A stretch of 63,788 bases of DNA, counting the filler, from Lenisia limosa (taxonomy: Eukaryota > Protista > Breviatea), in assembly GCA_001655205.1 (NCBI GenBank). It is 13 parts of 13 records of this genome, joined end to end, with 100 filler letters (N's around TTAATTAATTAA, not from the genome) between each part and the next. Parts side by side here need not be neighbours in the genome. Positions count along the whole stretch, not along the records: positions 56,665 to 63,788 come from LPNZ01010461.1; 12 more parts are not named here. One strand, 5' to 3'. The number at the start of each line of letters is the position of its first letter. Within the stretch, counting starts at the first letter, position 1. The translations under genes and the position numbers were made by a program. Positions 60,955 to 63,788 of this stretch are shown here, piece by piece. The notes beneath the pieces are model-generated. The model was not told the DNA's origin, made no database searches, and worked only from the letters and a program-made list of their open reading frames with translations.

Positions 60955-63788
60955 ATGGTCGCGTTGGAAATCAGTGACATCTTAGAGCATGTTAACCTTC
61001 AGGTTTGGAATAATTCTATGGAAAGTACCTGGGCTAACCCTTCTCTAGTCGACCTTCAACTTCTACCAATCGGTGGCATCAGGAATAGGCGACCTGTCAA
61101 CGCCTGCTCAAGGTGGGAAAATGATAAATCAGTCGGAAACGCATTCTTTGAAATCGACATTCAGTTATTTTGTAGTTGTTGCCGTCCCTGTGGCCTCTCA
61201 GGCGGTAGCAGGTCGGTGTTCCATTCTTATATCTTGCCAAATATGCGTTATGCCGATGATATAGGCAGCTATCCCATCCCTACCATCATATTTACCTTGT
61301 TCAGCAGCGGCAGCATCATCGGGAGTTGCCCTCCCTTCATTGTCCACCCTTGCAACACTGGCAAGTATGGGGGCTTTCCGGAAATCAAAATGAGATGGAT
61401 GATATATCTTTTTTATTAATATGGTATGAAATATTCGGGGTGTTGGACAGGGTGAAGACAGTTGTTGCACGCGTAAAGCTGTCTGTTTGTCATATTCGTA
61501 GACGCTATTCCGCATCGATTTGGATGAATTGTTTGTATTTGTCATCCCTTTTAGTTATTTGATAACTCTAATATTCTTTTCTTTAAAGGATTTTGCATAT
61601 TGTTGTCTCATGAAATTCAATATCCATATACCCTGCTGGCAGGAATATTGAGCCTCATCTTGAGTCAATCGTCTCAGGACTTATCGCGGTCACTGTACAT
61701 CTGATCAATCACCGCTGTAAAAATGCCATTGGAGGAGGCATCTTGTTGTATATTTCAACACTAGGGTGTCACTCCGATCCAGAAAATGACTGATCGCGAT
61801 ATATATTTCAATAGTTTTCCCATTTATCTTTTTCGTACCGGAGCGAATCTATAAATGAAACCTCAGACCTAGGGCTTCACTTCGGTTCGAAAAAGACCGG
61901 TAAAATATCGATAGTTTTCGAGGATTTATCGAGAAATGCAGTCTTTTTTCGATCCGAAGTGAAGAGCGCCCTACTCACACCCTCAGGCTTAGCAAATAAG
62001 AAATAATACAAACATTCAAAAATCTCATTAAGCAATTAAAGACATAGGGCATGATAATATTACTAGAGCTTCACTCCGGTTCTAAAAAGACTGATTAATA
62101 TTGAAATTTATCGAGGATTTATCGGAATTCATTTTTTTTTGGAACCCAAAGTGAAGCTCTACAAATACCATGCGCGAACACCTCACACCCATACAGGCTT
62201 TGGCATGAAAGTCTTCCCTTATGCCGCCCTCCCACTGCTTGGCTTGACAATGTACAACCGTCTGGCCACCAAGCAGCTGCAGCAGAAGACCTTGGCTCAA
62301 CTCAAGGACCACACCGCGCGACTGAAGGTCTGAAAATATGTTATTTCTATTATTTTTTTTTTTTTTTGNNNNNNNNNNTGCACTATTTGTTCATCACATA
62401 ACTCTATGGTTGATTATTTCTTGTGATATAATCGTTTTCTTGTGCAACCCTGTGACCCCCAGAATCTTGCGGAGGCTTGTGAAACAAATCGTCAGGGAAT
62501 TGAAACCGCCAACGGCAGACTGGAGGAATGCCTTGTCGGCGTAGAGGAGGTCAACGTCAACGTCGGACGTAACGCGTGGGGGGGGGGGGGGNNNNNNNNN
62601 NNNNNNNNNNNNNNNNNNNNNNNNNNNNNNNNNNNNNNNNNNNNNNNNNNNNNNNNNNNNNNNNNNNNNNNNNNNNNNNNNNNNNNCAAAAGCCAGATGA
62701 CAAAAACACAAAAACAAATGAGGGTAAATGTTTTGTTTGCTTCCCAACACTCCAATATTGTACCATTTTCTATGTACTGTAATCCAATATCTCTTATAAG
62801 CGTGATATTGTGGACGGGTTCCAGATGCAACTTTATTATTTTGTTTCCCATTGCCATATTATATGTAGTGATCATAAATACAGTGACTGGGATAAGTCTT
62901 GACTAATTTGCATAATGATAATCCCAAGGAAAATCGGTCAAGACTTGTATACACATATAATACACATATAATACACATATCGATATTGATATTTATATTA
63001 CTATAGTATACTATACAGTAAATATAAGTATGCTCCTTGATGACAATCCCAGGTCAGCCCTATCAAAACTTGACGTTCTCGCGAGAGAGAGATTCGAAAG
63101 TTGGTCAGGGTGAGAGCGAATTTCATATATTTCATTTGTTGAAATGAGAAATAATAATGGGTGTTATCTGGCGAAGCCGTCCAAACACCCCTGTTTACCG
63201 TGAGAGGAATGTATAAATGGAGAAATAAAGGAATCTTTCTGACATGATGGGTGAAAGGCCAAAGCCATCCACATTATTACTTATTATTTACAATCGAACA
63301 GTGAAGTGTATTTATTGACCTTTTCCAGAGGTTGAATGTGGCCTGGATAGTTTGACGTCGTTTATCGAAGCTTCAGTGTTTGTGGGATATTTGGAGTAAT
63401 CAGTACAAGATATTTTTCTTCCCTTAAAACTGTTAAGTACATCTTATATTATTTAATAAAAGGATTTTGGGAGCAATGAATGTGAATGGGATATATTGGA
63501 AAATCAGTGTATTATTAATTTAGTTTTAGTAAACTGATCTCTGATTTCACTCAATTTCACTATTTCACGAATTTGATCTTTTACGAAATTGATAACTTTT
63601 TTCTCCAACTATTCTGTTTTTATTAAAATCATCGCTGTATTACGAACTTAGCTCGTCTCTCGAGTCGGGACAGGTGGGAATGAAGACACGCATGGACGCC
63701 CTCGGCATCGACCTTGACGCCATGAGGCGGCAGCTGGTACGGCGGCGGGGTATAACAAACATAAGATCATAGTAATTTCGTAATATTT
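60955..63788 (+). CDS. Unknown protein with a hydrophobic segment and a coiled-coil-like C-terminal region (runs off window)
   Basis: Exons MVALEISDILEHVNLQ, GFGMKVFPYAALPLLGLTMYNRLATKQLQQKTLAQLKDHTARLK, NLAEACETNRQGIETANGRLEECL and MKTRMDALGIDLDAMRRQL, with GT-AG boundaries. Confidence 0.55.
61869..61964. mobile_element. MITE family A, subfamily 1 (closest to consensus); neighbours at ~61760-61852 and 62063-62161
   Basis: CTAGGGCTTCACTTCGGTTCGAAAAAGACCGGTAAAATATCGATAGTTTTCGAGGATTTATCGAGAAATGCAGTCTTTTTTCGATCCGAAGTGAAG. Confidence 0.92.

Noticed and set aside
60955-61419. ORF containing IGGIRNRR similar to GGIRNK of the Venus flytrap gene
   Set aside because: Splice-site analysis places the true exons in other frames; the match is coincidental.

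Overview
Fragmented, intron-dense eukaryotic (protist-like) draft sequence. It is not one continuous locus: 12 identical artificial 100-bp spacers (44 N + TTAATTAATTAA + 44 N) join 13 separate scaffolds, and many further N gaps open next to G, C or T homopolymers. Genes were rebuilt by hand across GT-AG introns, and most are truncated by contig ends. Recognisable ones: CDC5/Cef1, an LRR protein, a TMEM62-like membrane protein, ferroportin, a 2OG-Fe(II) dioxygenase, the N-terminus of Nar1/CIAO3, a signal-peptide-bearing type-1 periplasmic-binding (Venus flytrap) protein, a flavodiiron protein with a mitochondrial-type presequence (suggesting an anaerobic or microaerophilic host with a mitochondrion-related organelle), a G-patch protein, a kinesin-14-like motor and Acl4, plus several orphans. 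The most striking structure is in the introns, which are built largely from a few dispersed repeat families. Family F (about 150-200 bp) and family G end in a C-run at acceptor sites or, inverted, start with a G-run at donor sites; in one case F appears to be the entire intron (introner-like). Alongside them are about 20 full or partial palindromic ~100-bp MITEs, Tc1/mariner-like MITEs and two other repeats. Several short tandem duplications copy a splice site. No rRNA, tRNA, CRISPR array or transposase was recognised. Family names and exon boundaries come from reading motifs by eye, not from database searches; internal coordinates are approximate.
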